A DNA stretch of 64,000 bases from Hemiscyllium ocellatum (Eukaryota), in the NCBI RefSeq assembly GCF_020745735.1, contig NC_083424.1:12510999-12574998 (forward strand), written 5' to 3'. Numbering within the stretch: position 1 is the stretch's first letter; every line of letters starts with the position of its first letter. Below the pieces are notes generated by a model. It was given only the letters and a program-made list of their open reading frames with translations, ran no database searches and was not told the DNA's origin. Position numbers and translations under genes: made by a program. Below, one piece after another: positions 1 through 13,057 of this stretch.

Positions 1-269
1 GAGACTCGGGTTCAATTCCCGACTCAGGCGACTGACTGTGTGGAGTTTGCACATTCTCCCCGTGTCTGTGTGGGTTTCCTCCGGGTGCTCTGGTTTCCTC
101 CCACAGTCCAAAGATGTGCAGGTCAGGTGAATTGGTCATGCTAAATTGCCCGTAGTGTTAGGTAGGGGTAAATGTAGGGGTGTGGGTGGGTTGCGCTTCG
201 GCGGGTCGGTGTGGACTTGTTGGGCCAAAGGGCCTGTTTCCACACTGAAAGTAAACTAATCTAATCTAA
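1..269 (+). mobile_element. HE1/V-SINE-like tRNA-derived SINE, 5' end cut by the window edge
   Basis: B-box GGTTCAATTCC, V-domain GTGGAGTTTGCACATTCTCCCCGTGTCTG...GGTTTCCTCCCACAGTCCAAAGATGTG, CR1-like tail and (CTAAT)n. Confidence 0.9.
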
Positions 270-2077
270 GTTTAATTAGTGAGGGGCGTTAGATGTTGGT
301 CTTTCGTGTGATGCTCACATCCAATGAAAGAATAAGTAAAAGAGAAAGGTTTGTCCACAAGACATCTAACACAGCAATATTGTTTCTGCTTGTCTTTATA
401 AATATTTTGCACTCATTTGCACATCAAAATGTTCACATTTTTGTCACACTAGTGTCAAGTTTCCGGTGTAAATTCATCTCTGAATGCATCTAATGAAAAT
501 TGCTTGTATACATTTGTCATTTTTGCAGGAGTGGCAAGGTCAGCATTCGTTGTCTCTGTTTAACTCCCAATGAAATGAGGAGTTTGTCATTTCAGAAGCC
601 AGTTAAGAGTCGAACCACATCACTGTGGGCCTGATCTCACACGTAGGCAAGACCAAGTAAGAATGGCGGATTTCCATTCCTACAGAAAATTAGTGACCCA
701 GATGGATTGTCACAACAGCTGACAACAGTCATAATTTGTCCACCTTTTAATTTCACATTTTATTAAATTCAAACTTCAACATCTGATTTGAACCCGTATT
801 CCCAGAACATTAGCCTGAAGTTCTGGAGTATTCCTCTTTCCAAATCATAAAACTATTCACTGTGTTCAAGAAAGTAGAGCTCATTTCATGACTGTTTCTT
901 GTCCTAATTATTTTCATTTTGTCTGTGTCTTCTGGTTAGTGACCCTCCAGCCACTGGAGGCAGTCTCTCCCTGTCTACTTTTTCAAAACAACGCAAATTA
1001 TTAATTCTGACCCGAACCTCCTCTATTGTAAGGAGGGGGAAAAGCAGCCTGCCCATGTTATAGAGCCACAGAATCATACAGCACAGTAACAGACTCTTCG
1101 GTTCAAAGTCAAAACCAATTATGTTCCCAAGTTAAAGCAGTCTCACCACTCTGCGCTTGGTCCACATCCTTCCAAACCTTTCCTGTTCATGAACTTATGC
1201 AAATGTCTTTTAAATGTTGTAACTGTACCCACATCCACCATTTTCTCTGGCAGTTCATTCCACACATGAACCACTGTTTTAAAAAAAATTGCCCGTTGTG
1301 TCCTTTTAAAATCTTTCTCTCCTCACCTTAAAAATACCTCCCCCTACTGCCTGATGCCCTCTGGCAAAGATAGAACAAGGTAGCCATCCACAGAAACCAT
1401 TTGCTTCCAGAATAGTGTATTCCAAGAACAGTCCTACAGTGGAACAATCTGCAGAAGGAGATTGACACATTCCCATCGCTTGGAATCCTCAAGACTCTTT
1501 TTATCATTCTTCAGATTATTTCACATTTAAACCTTTTCATTTTCAGGACAACCATCTCAAAACCTTATGCCCAGTTTAATCAACGCCAACCTCAGATACT
1601 TGGCTGGAAAATGGATATTAACCTGATGTAAACATAACTGAACCTGAACAACCCCAATCATCTCATCATCCCATCCTGACATAAAGCTTCCCAAACAGCT
1701 TTGCACCATGATTTTATTTGCAGGATACAGTAATTGATGTTACCTAAGTACATCTGAATAATTCTCCAGTAACTTCAAGCAGCTGCGGTTCTTGATCATC
1801 TCCATTCAAATGATGTACTGCTTTTTTTCAGCATCTAACTGACAGACAACCATACAATTTTGAAAAATCATAACTCAGTGTGCTCAATAGTGACCCAAGG
1901 GAAGGTAATGGCATAGTGGTAATATCATCGAGCAATCCAAAAGCCCTGGGTTAATGTTCTGGGATGTGGGTTCAAATCCTGTTGCCAGCAGATGGTGAAA
2001 GCTTAATTTAAAAGAAAACGGTAGTTGGTAACATTGTTGTTGAAAACCCACCTGGTTCACTAATGACCTTTCGAGGC

Positions 2078-2378
2078 ATAGAGTTCGACAGCATGGTAAC
2101 AGACCCTTCGGTCCAACTCGTCCGTGCTAACTAGATATCCTAAATTAATCTAGTCTCATTCGGCCCATATGCCTCTCAACCCTTCCAAGTCATATACCAA
2201 ACGAGATGCCTTTTAAATACTGTAATTGTACCACCATTCCCTCTGGCAGCCCATTCCATACATGCACCACACTCAGTGTGAAAAAGTTGCCCCTTAGGTC
2301 CCTTTTGTATCTTTCCACTCTCACCCTAAACCTATAACCTCTAATTTTAGACTCCCCTACCCCATGGAATTGACCTTG
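2078..2378 (-). mobile_element. CR1 3' fragment nested in a tRNA-derived SINE (about 1900-2540)
   Basis: GESKIRGYRFRVR...NFFTLSVVHVWNGLP. The flanks join into a SINE with GGTTCAAATCC B-box and GGAAATCTGCTGTC core. Confidence 0.75.
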
Positions 2379-2576
2379 GCTATTCACCTGATCCTTGCTT
2401 TGGGAAAGGAAATCTGCTGTCTTTACCAAGTCTAGCCTATTTATGACTTCAAACCCACAGCAATATGGTGGACCCCTCACTTCCCATTGGGCAAATAGGA
2501 ATGATTATAAATGCCTGCATCCCATGGATGAATTGAAAATAAAAGCTGCCTGAGTGCTAAACATGCGAGGACTCAC

Positions 2577-3244
2577 CTGAAAGGTATTCAGCTTTTGATG
2601 CTGTTCATGAATCCAGATGAGGAATAAGCTGAGGAGAAACCCAATTGCAAAGAACACGATGAATAGAATGTAAGCCCACTGAGGGAGCTGGAGATGACTG
2701 ACACCAAAAACCAGTATGCAGCACAGGCATATTGAACAGAGCACCATGGAGGTAACTGCGACAGTCACTATCTCCCCAGGTACAAAGTCACTAAGGAAAT
2801 GTAAATAAGGCTCAAAGGAGGACTTCAGTTGGCCAGGCTCCCTTCGTTCCTTGGCTGCTTTTTGCTTCTCTACTAACTGGAGCTTATCCGAAAATGATTC
2901 ATACTCCTTCAGCCCACTGCCATCCTGGGTTTGAGGACTTGGATTGGGCGGGGGTGTCTCCGAGCGCTTCACTTTGTCTGTCTGGTAGCGTAGCACGATG
3001 GTACTGGCAGCAACAAATGTGTACGCCAGGAGCGTTCCGATAGACAGGAACTGCACCAGGGATTCCAGGTCAAACACCATGGCCAGGATGGCCATCAGGA
3101 TTCCAAACAGGACGATGCCGATCACTGGGACCTTAGTGACTGGGTTCACCCGCGCAAATACCTTGAAGAGTAGGCCATCCTCAGACATGGCGTACGCAAT
3201 CCGAGGGACAGAAAACAGGTTGCAGAGGAGGACTGTGTTCATTG
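2577..3244 (-). CDS. SLC7A4: Cationic amino acid transporter 4, second coding exon (668 nt); remaining exons lie left of the window
   Basis: Acceptor TTCAAG|CA at 3245/3244 restores GCA and gives GSICA-MNTVLL...PRIAYAMSEDGL...SIGTLLAYTFVA...NTFQ. Donor CAG|GTGAGT at 2577/2576 (phase 0). No further CAT-4 exon recognised in 1-2576. Confidence 0.95.
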
Positions 3245-3756
3245 CTTGAATATAGAGGGGAAAGAAATAATAATCAAAAGATGTTTCAATATAGACAACA
3301 TCTAATCATTTATTTCTGTATCTCACCACATCTTGTTCTTATACTGATTTGAAGTTAGTGACTTAGGTTTTAACACAGACACCATTTAATCCTGAACTTA
3401 CAAGAGTGAAATTGAAAAACACACATCAACACCCAGAGGGTGATGTGGAAGTGTGGAACTCTCTTCTGCAAAGAACAGTTGATACTGATCAATTGCTAAT
3501 TATAAAATTGTGATTGATAATGCTTTTGATAAACTAAAAATCTAAGAGATGTGGGGCAAAATTGCATCTATGGGTTTAGGTTGCAAATCAGCAATGATAT
3601 CTTGAATGGTGGTGAGGACCTATGAGGGGAGGAATGCCACTGGCTAGACCAGCATTTATTGCCCTTTTCTAACTGCCCTAGAGAAAACTTGAATTGCTAT
3701 AGTGCTTGGGGTGCACCCATGTTGCAGTCAAGGAGAGAGCTGTAGGATTTTGACCC

Positions 3757-4098
3757 AATCATGAGGGGCATGGATAGGATAAATAGACAAAGTCTTTTCC
3801 CTGGGGAGTGGGAGTCCAGAACTAGGTTTAGGGTGAGAGGTGAAAGATATAAAAGAAACCCAAGGAGCAATGCTTTCACACCGAGGGTGGTACGTGTATG
3901 GAATGAGCTGCCAGAGGAAGTGGTGGAGGCTAGTACAAATGCAACATTTAAAAGGCATCTGATGGGTATATGAATAGGAAGGGTTTGGAGGGATATGGGC
4001 CAGGTGCTAGTAGGTGGGACTAGATTGGGTTGGGACATCTAGTTGGCATGGATGGGTTGACCCAAAGAGTCTGTTTCAGTGCTGTACATCTCTATGAC
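3757..4098 (+). mobile_element. CR1 3' fragment
   Basis: MRGMDRINRQSLFP...FTPRVVRVWNELPEEVVEA. Confidence 0.85.
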
Positions 4099-4805
4099 AA
4101 TGAAGGGTTGTGAGAAGCAAGTAAGTGAGACTAATTAAATTATTCTTTAGAAGAACCAAATGTTGGGCCAAATGGCCTTCATATCCACTTGAATAAAAAT
4201 CTTGAATTAAATTTTGGTTTCTTTAATCATGATTGTGAAACCACCAAATAAGGTGAAAACCCATTTAGGTCACTGGTGCCCCAAGACGAAAGAAATCGGC
4301 TGTCCTTATCTGGTTTGGTCTACATGAGGCTTTGAAATGGTTTCACAAGATGTTAAGGAAATCACATGGAGTGCAACAGTTAAAGGAGGCAGCTCTCCAC
4401 CATCTTCTCAGGGAAATTAGGAATGGCTAGAAGGGTTACATTTGTTATGTTCACATCTGATTGGATCTCCCTAGAATCTAGAGAATTTTAGAAAATTGAC
4501 ACCAACTACCCTGAAGATGAATACATTAGGAGCTGGAGACCTGTCAACCTGCAACTCCATCAGTTTGCTCAACACCACTTCCCTCACTAGTGCAATTCCC
4601 AATTTACAGCTACTATTTATTTTGCTTTCTCTACAGTGAAGACAGCAATGTCTGCCTGCCATTATAATGCAGAAGGCAGGAGTAAGATGCAATAGTCTCT
4701 ATTTGTCTGGCTGAATGCAGCTCCAAACACCCTCAAGAAGATCAACACCATCCAAGAAAAATTCAGTTAACTTGATTGGCACCACATCCAAAGCAATCTT
4801 ATGTT

Positions 4806-7116
4806 ATCTCCAAGATGTAGTGAAGACCCTGTTGAGAACACCTTCTATCAACTCATGACCGGGCATCCATGAGGTGCTGTGGGCCATCAACAGCAACAGA
4901 ATTGAACTCCAGTACAATCTGTAACCTCATGGCCCAGCATATCCCCCACTCCACCATTACTGTCAAGCCAGGGGATCAACTCTGGTTCAATGGAGAGTGC
5001 AGGAGGGTATGCCAGGAGCAATGTGGATAGAATGTGGCACTGGAAAAAGCACAACAGGTCAGGCAGCATCTGAGGAGGAGGAGAGTTGACATTTTGGGTT
5101 GGATCCTTCATCAGGACTGGGGAGGGGTTTGGGGCTGGAGGAGAGATAGGTGGGATGACGATAGGTGCCCCTTAGCACTAAGCCAGGAATATCAACAGGC
5201 GTACCTGAAGATGAGGTGTTAACCTGATGAAGCCACCAAGCAGGACTACCTGCCAAAAAGCAGAAGCAGCAGATGATAGACAGAGCTAAGCGACCCCACA
5301 ACCAATGGATCAGATCTAAGCTCTGCAGTCCTACCACATCCAGGCATGGATGGTGGTGGATGATTAAACAACTCACTCGAGGAGGAGGCTCCATGGATAT
5401 CCTCACCCTCGATGATGGAAGAGCCCAGCACATCAGTGCAAAAGATAAGGCTGAAGCTTTCGCAGTAATCTTCAGTCAGCCGTGCCGAGTGATGATTCAT
5501 TTGGGCCTCCTCCAGTGGACTCCAGCATTACAGATACCAGTCTTCAGCCAATTTGATTCACTCCATGTGATATCAAGAAACAGTTGGAGGCACTGGATAC
5601 TGCAAAGGCTTTTGGGACCTAACAAACTGTGCTCCAGAACCTGCCACTCCCCTAGCCAAGCTGTTCCAGTACAGTTACAACACTGGCATCTACACAACAA
5701 TGTGGAAAGTTGCTCAACTATGTCCTGTACGTAAAAAGCAGGTCAAATCCAACCCAGCCAATTACCGCTCCATCGGTCTACTGCCAATCATCTGTCAAGT
5801 GATGGAAGGTGTGATCAACAGTGCTATCATACAGCACCTGCTCAGTGATGCCCAGTTTGGGTTCCGCCAAGACCACTCAGCTCCTGACCTCATTAAAGCC
5901 TTGGTTCAAACATGGACAAAAGAGTTGAATTCCAGAGGTGGGGTGAGAGTGATTGCCCTTGACATGACGACTGCATTCGACTGGGTGTGACAGCACGGAG
6001 CCCTCACGAAACCAGAATCAATAGATATAGGGGTAAATTCTCTTGTGGTTAGAATCATAACTGACATATTGGAAGATGCTCGTGGCTGTTGGAGGTCAAA
6101 CAACTCAGCTCCAAGACATCTCCACAGGAGTCTCTCAGGGTAGTGTCTTAGGCCCAAACATCTTCAGCTGCTTTGTCAATGACCTTCCTGTCATCATAAG
6201 GTCAGAAGTGGGAATGTGCAATAATCAGTGAACAATGTTCAGCACCATTCACAACTCCTCAGATCCTGAAGCCATCCATGTCCAAATGCAACAAGATCTA
6301 GACAATATCTAGGCTTGGGCTGACAAGTAACAAGTAATATTCAAATCACACAAATGAAAGGCTATGACCATCACTAACAAGGGATAATCTAACCACCATC
6401 CCTGACATTCAATATTGTTACCATTACTGAATCCCCCAACATCAACATCCTGGGAGTTATCATTCATCAGAAACTCAACTGGACTCACCACATAAACACT
6501 GGCTACAAGAACAGGTCAGAGGCTGAGAATACTGTGGTGAGTAACTCACCTCCTGACTCCCCAAAGCCCGTGCACCATCTACAAGGCACAAGTCAGGAGT
6601 GTGTTGGAATGCTCTTCATTTGCCTGGATGGGTGCAGCTCCAACAACACTCAAGAAGCTTGACATCATCTAGGGCAAAGCAACTAGCTTAATTGGCACCA
6701 CATCCACAAGCATCCACTCCCTCCACCACTGACGCTCAGTAGCAGCAATGTGTACTACCTACAAGATGCACTACGGAAATTCACCAACAATCCTCAGACT
6801 GCACCTTCCAAACCTACAAACACTTCCATCTAGAAAGACAAAGGCAACAGACATATGAGAATACCAGCACCTTCAACTTCCCCTCCAAGCCACACACCAT
6901 CCTGCCTTGGAAATATATCGCCATTCCTTGTTCCTTCACTGTCACTGGGTTAAAATCCTGGACTGCCCTTCCTGAAGGCATTGTGGGTTCAGCCACAGCA
7001 GGTGGAATGTATCGATTCAAGAAGGCAGCTCACCTCCACCTTCTCAAGGGCAACTGGAACGGGCAATAAATGCTGGCCAGCCAGCGGTGCCCACATCTCA
7101 CAAAATAAATTAAAAA
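4806..7116 (+). mobile_element. Degraded CR1/L2-clade LINE, reverse transcriptase region and 3' tail
   Basis: WKVAQLCPVRKK...PANYRSIGLLP...QFGFRQDHS...VIALDMTTAFDWV (5700-5990), GVSQGSVLGP at about 6127, A-rich end. Interrupted by a minus-strand PLE tail at about 5015-5165. Confidence 0.85.
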
Positions 7117-8202
7117 GCCGGTAAGTCTACCATCTAGAAGGACAAGGGCAGCAAATGCTCAGGAACATTATTACTAAAGTTCCCTCTAAATCCCTCATTA
7201 TCCTGAATTACTGCCAATATATCGCCAATCCCTCACTGTAACTGAGCAACCATTCTGAAAGACCCTTTCTAACAGCACCCAATGGCTGATGTAGCTTAAG
7301 AATGCAATTCACAACCATCTTCCAGGACAGTTAGGGATGGACAATAAATTCTGGTCTGGCCAGTGATGCCTTCAGCCCATGAATGAATTTTGAAGAAGTT
7401 ATATTTCTTTCTATTGATATCATGGCTACTTACATTACTTATTCAATTCATTTTCAATCTTGATGGCTTATAAACCAATAAAACGATAGGCATGATGGGC
7501 CACTCTTGTGTGCTGTATCTTTGCAATGATCTTCCATCGTGGTTTCTTAAGAAGCTCAGATCTCTCGCTTTCCTGAGGGTAATGTACATTACAACATTCT
7601 TAGCCCATGCCACATTCAGGTCTGCATTGATGCTGAGACTCAGCATAAGAATAAATGGAAACGGACCAGTTGAAAGATCTGGTTTAATGCTGTGTATCTT
7701 GGACGATTGGGATAGAGTCATCCAGCATGAAAACAAACTCTTTGGTCCAACCAGTCCGTGCTGAACGTAATCCCAAACTAACCTAACCCCACCTGCCTGC
7801 TCCTGGCCCATCTCCTTCCAAAGTTTTCCTATTCATGTACAGGATTTATCCAAATGTCTTTTAAACACATTAATTGTGCTCACATCCACCACTTCCTCAG
7901 CAAGTTCAGTCCACACACAAGCCACCCTCTGTGTAAAACATTTGCCCCTCATGTCATTTTTACATGTCCCTCTTCTCCCCTTCAATATGTGTCCCATGTT
8001 TGACAAAAAATAAACAAGAGGAGCAAGATGTCATTGGCTATGTTTTGAGCACGTGCTTTGACTCAAAGGCTTGGACATTGCTCTGCTAAGCACACACTGT
8101 GGGAAAAGTAAATTAAAAACCCACTCAAACATACAAACAAGAAACCAGAGAAGGCCACTCAGCCTTTTGAGCCTGTGCCATCATTCAACAAGATACTCAA
8201 TT

Positions 8203-8520
8203 AGGGGTGCCATGGTGGCTCACTGGTTAGCACTGCTACTGCACAGCGCCAGGGGCCCAGGTTTGATTCCAGCCTCTGTGTGGAGTTTGTATATTCTCCC
8301 TATGTCTGTGTGGGTTTCCTCCCACAATCCAAAGATGTGCAGGTTAGATGGATTGGCCATGCTAAATTGCCCTTGGTGTCCAGAGATGTGTGGGTTAGGT
8401 GCATTAGTCAGGGGTAAAATGTAAAGTAGTAGGGGTATAGGTCTGGGTGGGTTACTCTTTAGAGGGTTGGTGTGGACTTGTTGGGTCAAAGGGGCTGTTT
8501 CCACACTGTAGGGAATTCTA
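8203..8520 (+). mobile_element. HE1/V-SINE-like SINE
   Basis: Same family, diverged full-length copy. Confidence 0.85.
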
Positions 8521-8934
8521 TATAAAGAAAATACTGTGGCCGATCTGACTTTAATCTCAACTCTATTTGCTGAATATCCCTGATAATCTTTCATCCCATT
8601 GATCACGAAGAACCTATCTACCTATATCTGAATAATATTTAAAGATACTGCATCCATTGCCTTTTGAGGAAGGGATTTCCAAAGACTCACAATCCTCTGA
8701 GAGAAAATGTTTCCTTACCTCTGTCTTAAATGGGCAACCCCTTATTTTTTAAATGGAATTCTAGATTCTCCCACAGGAGGAAACACTCTTTCATCATCCA
8801 CCCAGTAAAATCCCCTAAGGGTCTTATATATTTCAGTGAACCCAACTCCGACACTTCTAAACCCCAGAGGATTCAGGCCTAGCCTGCCTAGTCTTCCCTC
8901 ATGATTCAATCTGCACAGATTGCCAAACACTCAC

Positions 8935-9916
8935 CACAAATAGATCCGACAGCCACGATGAATCCAGCCCAGGCATAGCCTCTCCTGTAGAAGGCGTCTG
9001 AGAGAGCTGAGTCGGGGTTCAGGCTGTGCCAAGGTACCATCAGGGTGAGGGCTGCGGAGACCAAAGTGTACGCCAAAGTGGCCAGGCCCAAGGAAAGAGC
9101 CGTCGCGATAGGGACGGCCTTTTGAGGGTTCCGGGCTTCTTCGCTGGACGCGGCGATGACATCGAATCCGACAAACGCGTAGAAGCAGGTCGCTGATCCA
9201 GCCATGATGCCCGAGAATCCAAAGGGAGAGAAGCCACCCTCCGCGGCGCTGAAGTTCCTCGGGTCGGCCAGGATGAAGCCGAATATCAGAATGAAGAGGA
9301 TCACTCCCATGCTCACCACCGCAAACAGGTGGTTCATCCAAGAGGCCACTTTGGCCCCGCAAGTGATGAATGCTGTGGCAACGAGCAATATGGCGGCCGC
9401 GAGCAGATCGGGGTTGGGGGCAAGGAGGGGCACATTCCACCTGCCAATGTGCGTTTCGGTGAAATTCTGAATCTTGTGATTGAAGATGGAGTCCAGGTAG
9501 CCACTCCAAGCCCTGGCCACTGCTGCCCCACCAATCACGTACTCCAGAATGACGTTCCAGCCAATCAGGAAGGCCCAGATCTCGCCCACTGAGACGTAGG
9601 TGAACATGTAGGCGGAGCCCGTCTTCGGCACACGGGAGCCAAACTCGGCGTAGCACAAAGCAGCCAGCAGAGATGCGAAACCTGCAAAGATGTAGGAGAG
9701 GATAATGGCGGGGCCCGCCACGTCTTTGGCAACCGCACCCGTCAGGACATAAAGGCCGGAGCCAACCATACCCCCGAAGCCAAGCAACGTCAGGTCCAGA
9801 GTGGACAGGCACCTATTCAGAGCAGTCTCCATCATATCTGCCTCGAGGGTTTTGACCCTGTTCAGTTTCTGGCAGAATCGAGCCAGTGAGCTACAGCCGG
9901 GTAACCTGCTCACCAT
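8935..9916 (-). CDS. SLC7A4: Cationic amino acid transporter 4, first coding exon (982 nt)
   Basis: Translates MVSRLPGCSSLARFCQKLNRVKTLE...STLDLTLLGFGGMVGSGLYVLTG...FYAFVGFDVIAASSEE...WAGFIVAVGSIC, matching recalled vertebrate SLC7A4 (APC-family permease). ATG at 9916; phase-1 donor G|GTGAGT at 8935/8934. Confidence 0.96.
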
Positions 9917-10051
9917 TATTCCCCTTACCGTCTCCGTGATATTCTGTGTTAAAGGTATGGGCTGGAGTTGGCGACTTAGTTTATCAGTATCTCATTCTAT
10001 ACTCTGAAGCTGCAGAGAAAACCTCATTTCTGAAAGATGAGAATTGCAGAT
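9917..10051 (-). other. SLC7A4: 5' UTR part of the SLC7A4 ATG-containing exon
   Basis: Strong acceptor TATTGTTTTGTTTATTTTGTTTTCCACAG ends at 10052 on the minus strand. A second candidate acceptor TTTTCTCTGCAG ends at 10010. Confidence 0.6.
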
Positions 10052-10106
10052 CTGTGGAAAACAAAATAAACAAAACAATATTAATGGTTGAAAATTACTA
10101 TCCATC

Positions 10107-10446
10107 TCTAAACCTAAACTTAATCCTAACCATCACCCTGACATGAACTCTAACACTGACACTAAACTTGACCTTAACCCTGACCCGAACCATGACACTA
10201 ACCCCAACTCTGACCCTAACCATGACACTAGCCCTAACATTAACCCTAAACTTAACCATAACCTTAAACCCTGACCCTAACCAAGACACTAACCCTGACT
10301 CTGACCCTAACCCTAACCCTAACCATGACATTAACTCTAACTCTGACCATAACCATGACAATAGTCTTAACATTAACCCTAAACTTAACCCTAACCTTAA
10401 CCCTGACCCTAACTATGACACTAACCCTAACCCTGACCCTAACTCT
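10107..10446. repeat. Degenerate telomere-like hexamer array (CCCTAA variants)
   Basis: About 56 hexamers such as CCCTAA, CCCTGA, CCATGA, CACTAA, CTCTAA, CCTTAA. It explains the TLTLT, NPNP and RVRV pseudo-ORFs. Confidence 0.92.
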
Positions 10447-11807
10447 AGCTGCCCAGAAGATGTTCTCAGGTAATTTTATTCACTGTGATTGTCTGATGGA
10501 CAGTTACTAGCTTAAGGGCCATGCTGTGACATCTTTTTGTGTGAGTGTATGCCAATCTGAGTACGCACCATCTAACAGTTGGCACAATGGCCAGGAGCAT
10601 GCCATTCTTATTGTCAAGGAAAGGAGGGGTCTCTGGCAGCAGACACCACTTGTTGATCTCATTATCTTCCCTTTATAGTCAAAGTTGAAAGCATGCAATG
10701 AATTATTGCATTATTTCCATAAACCCTTTGACTGTGTATGTATAAAAATAATTGAAGCAAAAATTACTTACTTTTAACACAAAATATTTGCTCAGTCTGT
10801 ATAACACAGTTCACACACTCCACCTCCACAATTTCCAGCCTACAGTTAAACAGTTATTGAGGCCATCATCTTTGCGCCCACCACAAGCTCTGCACTCTTA
10901 CAGTTAATATTATATGTTTCCCCTTTCCTTTCCCCTTCCTCCTAGTCCTTCCACTTCCCCTTCCCCTCCAGGTAACTGCTCACAACCTCGATGTCCTGTT
11001 TATAGCCTCACCCAATGGCGACAGTGCAGAATCCATACAGACTTTCTTCAGAAATGATTTATCTCACCCCACTCTCTGGTCCTCCTTCCGTAGCCTTGCT
11101 TTTCTTTTCTCTCCAGGTGATTTTCCAGTTCCCTTGTGAAAGCTATGATTGAGCCTTGTTTCCACCATACTCTCAAACAATACGTTACAGATTCTAACCA
11201 CAGGTTCAATTAAAAAAGCCCTATCTCAGATCCTTTTTTGATTCTTCTGCCCTGTACCTTAAATTTGTCTCCTTCGCTTTTTGATCCTTCTATAGTCTCT
11301 CTATTTACTCTGTCGAGATACTCATAATCTTCAATGTCTCTCAGCTGCCTGCTCTTTGTGGAGAACAACTTCAACTTCCCTACTCTTTGGTTGGAACTCC
11401 TCATTCCTGGAACCATTTGCAGAAACCATTTTCACACCTAGCTCTAAAATCCTCACATGTTTCCTTGTGGTCTGCAGCCAGAATTGGACACAATATTACC
11501 CCTGGGGGCAAACCAGTGTTTTATCAAGATTTGTTCTTATTGTTTCCCCTACGGTTCACCCCAAGCTGAGCTTTTAACTTTGTCTCAAGACCAGCGTGAA
11601 TGTCTACTTCACTACTGCCCCTTCTATCCAGCATCAGCCTATCAGCCACTGGAAACCTCACCCAGACCCTTCACGCTTGGCATTCTGACAATGCCCAGTC
11701 CTGTTAGATGAACAGCTCCACAGCATCCAGCAAACTCTTCCCAATTGAATGTTCTTCCACATGTAAGGGTCAAAATTCCACATTGGCAGGGGATATAAAA
11801 CTATGTC

Positions 11808-12360
11808 AGGGAGATAGGACGCCAACATGCGGATCATTTCAGAGAACATCTCTGGGACACCCGTACCAACCAACTCCACCACCCTGTGGCTGAACACTTC
11901 AACTCCCCCTCCCATTCCATCAAGGACATGCAGGTCCTGGGCCTCCTCCATCGCCAAACCCTAACCACCCGACACCTCACCATCTGCCTTGGGACCCTGT
12001 AACCACACGAGATCAATGTGGATTTCACCAGTTTCCTCATTTCCCCTCCCCCCACCTTATCCCAGTCCCAAGCCTCCAACTCGGCACCGCCCTCTTGACC
12101 AGTCCATCATATTTTACATTTATCCGTTCCACCCTCTTATCACCTTCACCCCCACCTTCATCTACCTTTCACATTCCCATCTACCCCAGCCCCACCCCCC
12201 TCCCATTTATCTCTCAGCTCCCCCCACCCCCCACCCCGGCCCACAAACCTCATTCCTAAAGAAGGGCTTTTGCCCACAACATCGACTCTCCTGCTCCTCG
12301 GATGCTGCTGATCTGCTGTGCTTTTCCAGACTCCAGCATCTGCAGTCCTCACTTTCTCCT
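11808..12360 (+). mobile_element. Penelope-like element 3' fragment
   Basis: Homologous to 15660-16260 (GAGAACATCTC...CACTTCAACTCCCCCTCCCA...). Degenerate hammerhead at about 12251-12287. Confidence 0.8.
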
Positions 12361-12850
12361 AACACTGCCCAAGGCTCTACCATTATGAAACTATACTGTT
12401 GACATTAATCTCTATTGTTCATCCGACTGTGCTAACTGAACCTTCCCAGAATCCATCGTGTGATGATCAGCTCTGCTGATTTTTGCATTGGAAATGACAG
12501 GTGACCACAAATCATGTTCATGGCAAAACCAAATACAATTAAGGTTACCATAAATGCACGAGCAAAAGTGAACACTTTCAACAAAGGCAATGCCTTTCGA
12601 AGTCATATTTTGTGCGTTAGCACACCTTTTAAAATGTAAACAGCTAAACATAATTAACTTCAATGTGTGTTTTTTTATTACTTCCTCCGTCCTGGTTTGC
12701 ATGGATCTATCAGGTCAATTCTAGAAATGATTTGGATCGTGGTTAAAGTGACTTACATACATGAAGTCATCCATCAGTTCTGCTCGAGATACCTCAATCC
12801 CTTCACTTCTTTTGTTTAACCAAATCTTCCCCAAACTATAATAAAACATT

Positions 12851-13057
12851 CGAGGAGAAAGTGAGGACTGCAGATGCTGGAGATCAGAGCTGAAAATGTG
12901 TTGCTGGAAAAGTGCAGCAGGTTGGGCAGCATCCAAGGAGCAGGAGAATCGATGTTTCAGGCATAAGCCCTTCTTCAGGATTCCTGAAGAAACGTCGAAT
13001 CTCCTGTTCCTTGGATGCTGCCTGACCTGCTGCGCTTTTCCAGCAACACATTTTCAG
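12851..13057. mobile_element. Hairpin Penelope-derived mini-element
   Basis: Two inverted copies of the PLE tail joined at the hammerhead. TSD CTATAATAAAACATT at 12836-12850 and 13058-13072. Confidence 0.85.

Noticed and set aside
8931-9812. 293-aa alternative-frame ORF overlapping SLC7A4
   Set aside because: It starts at GTG, contains no internal Met, and the lack of stops is expected from the GC-rich codon usage of the real exon.
10098-10510. ORFs with TLTLT, NPNP and VRVRV repeats
   Set aside because: These are translation artefacts of the telomere-like hexamer array.
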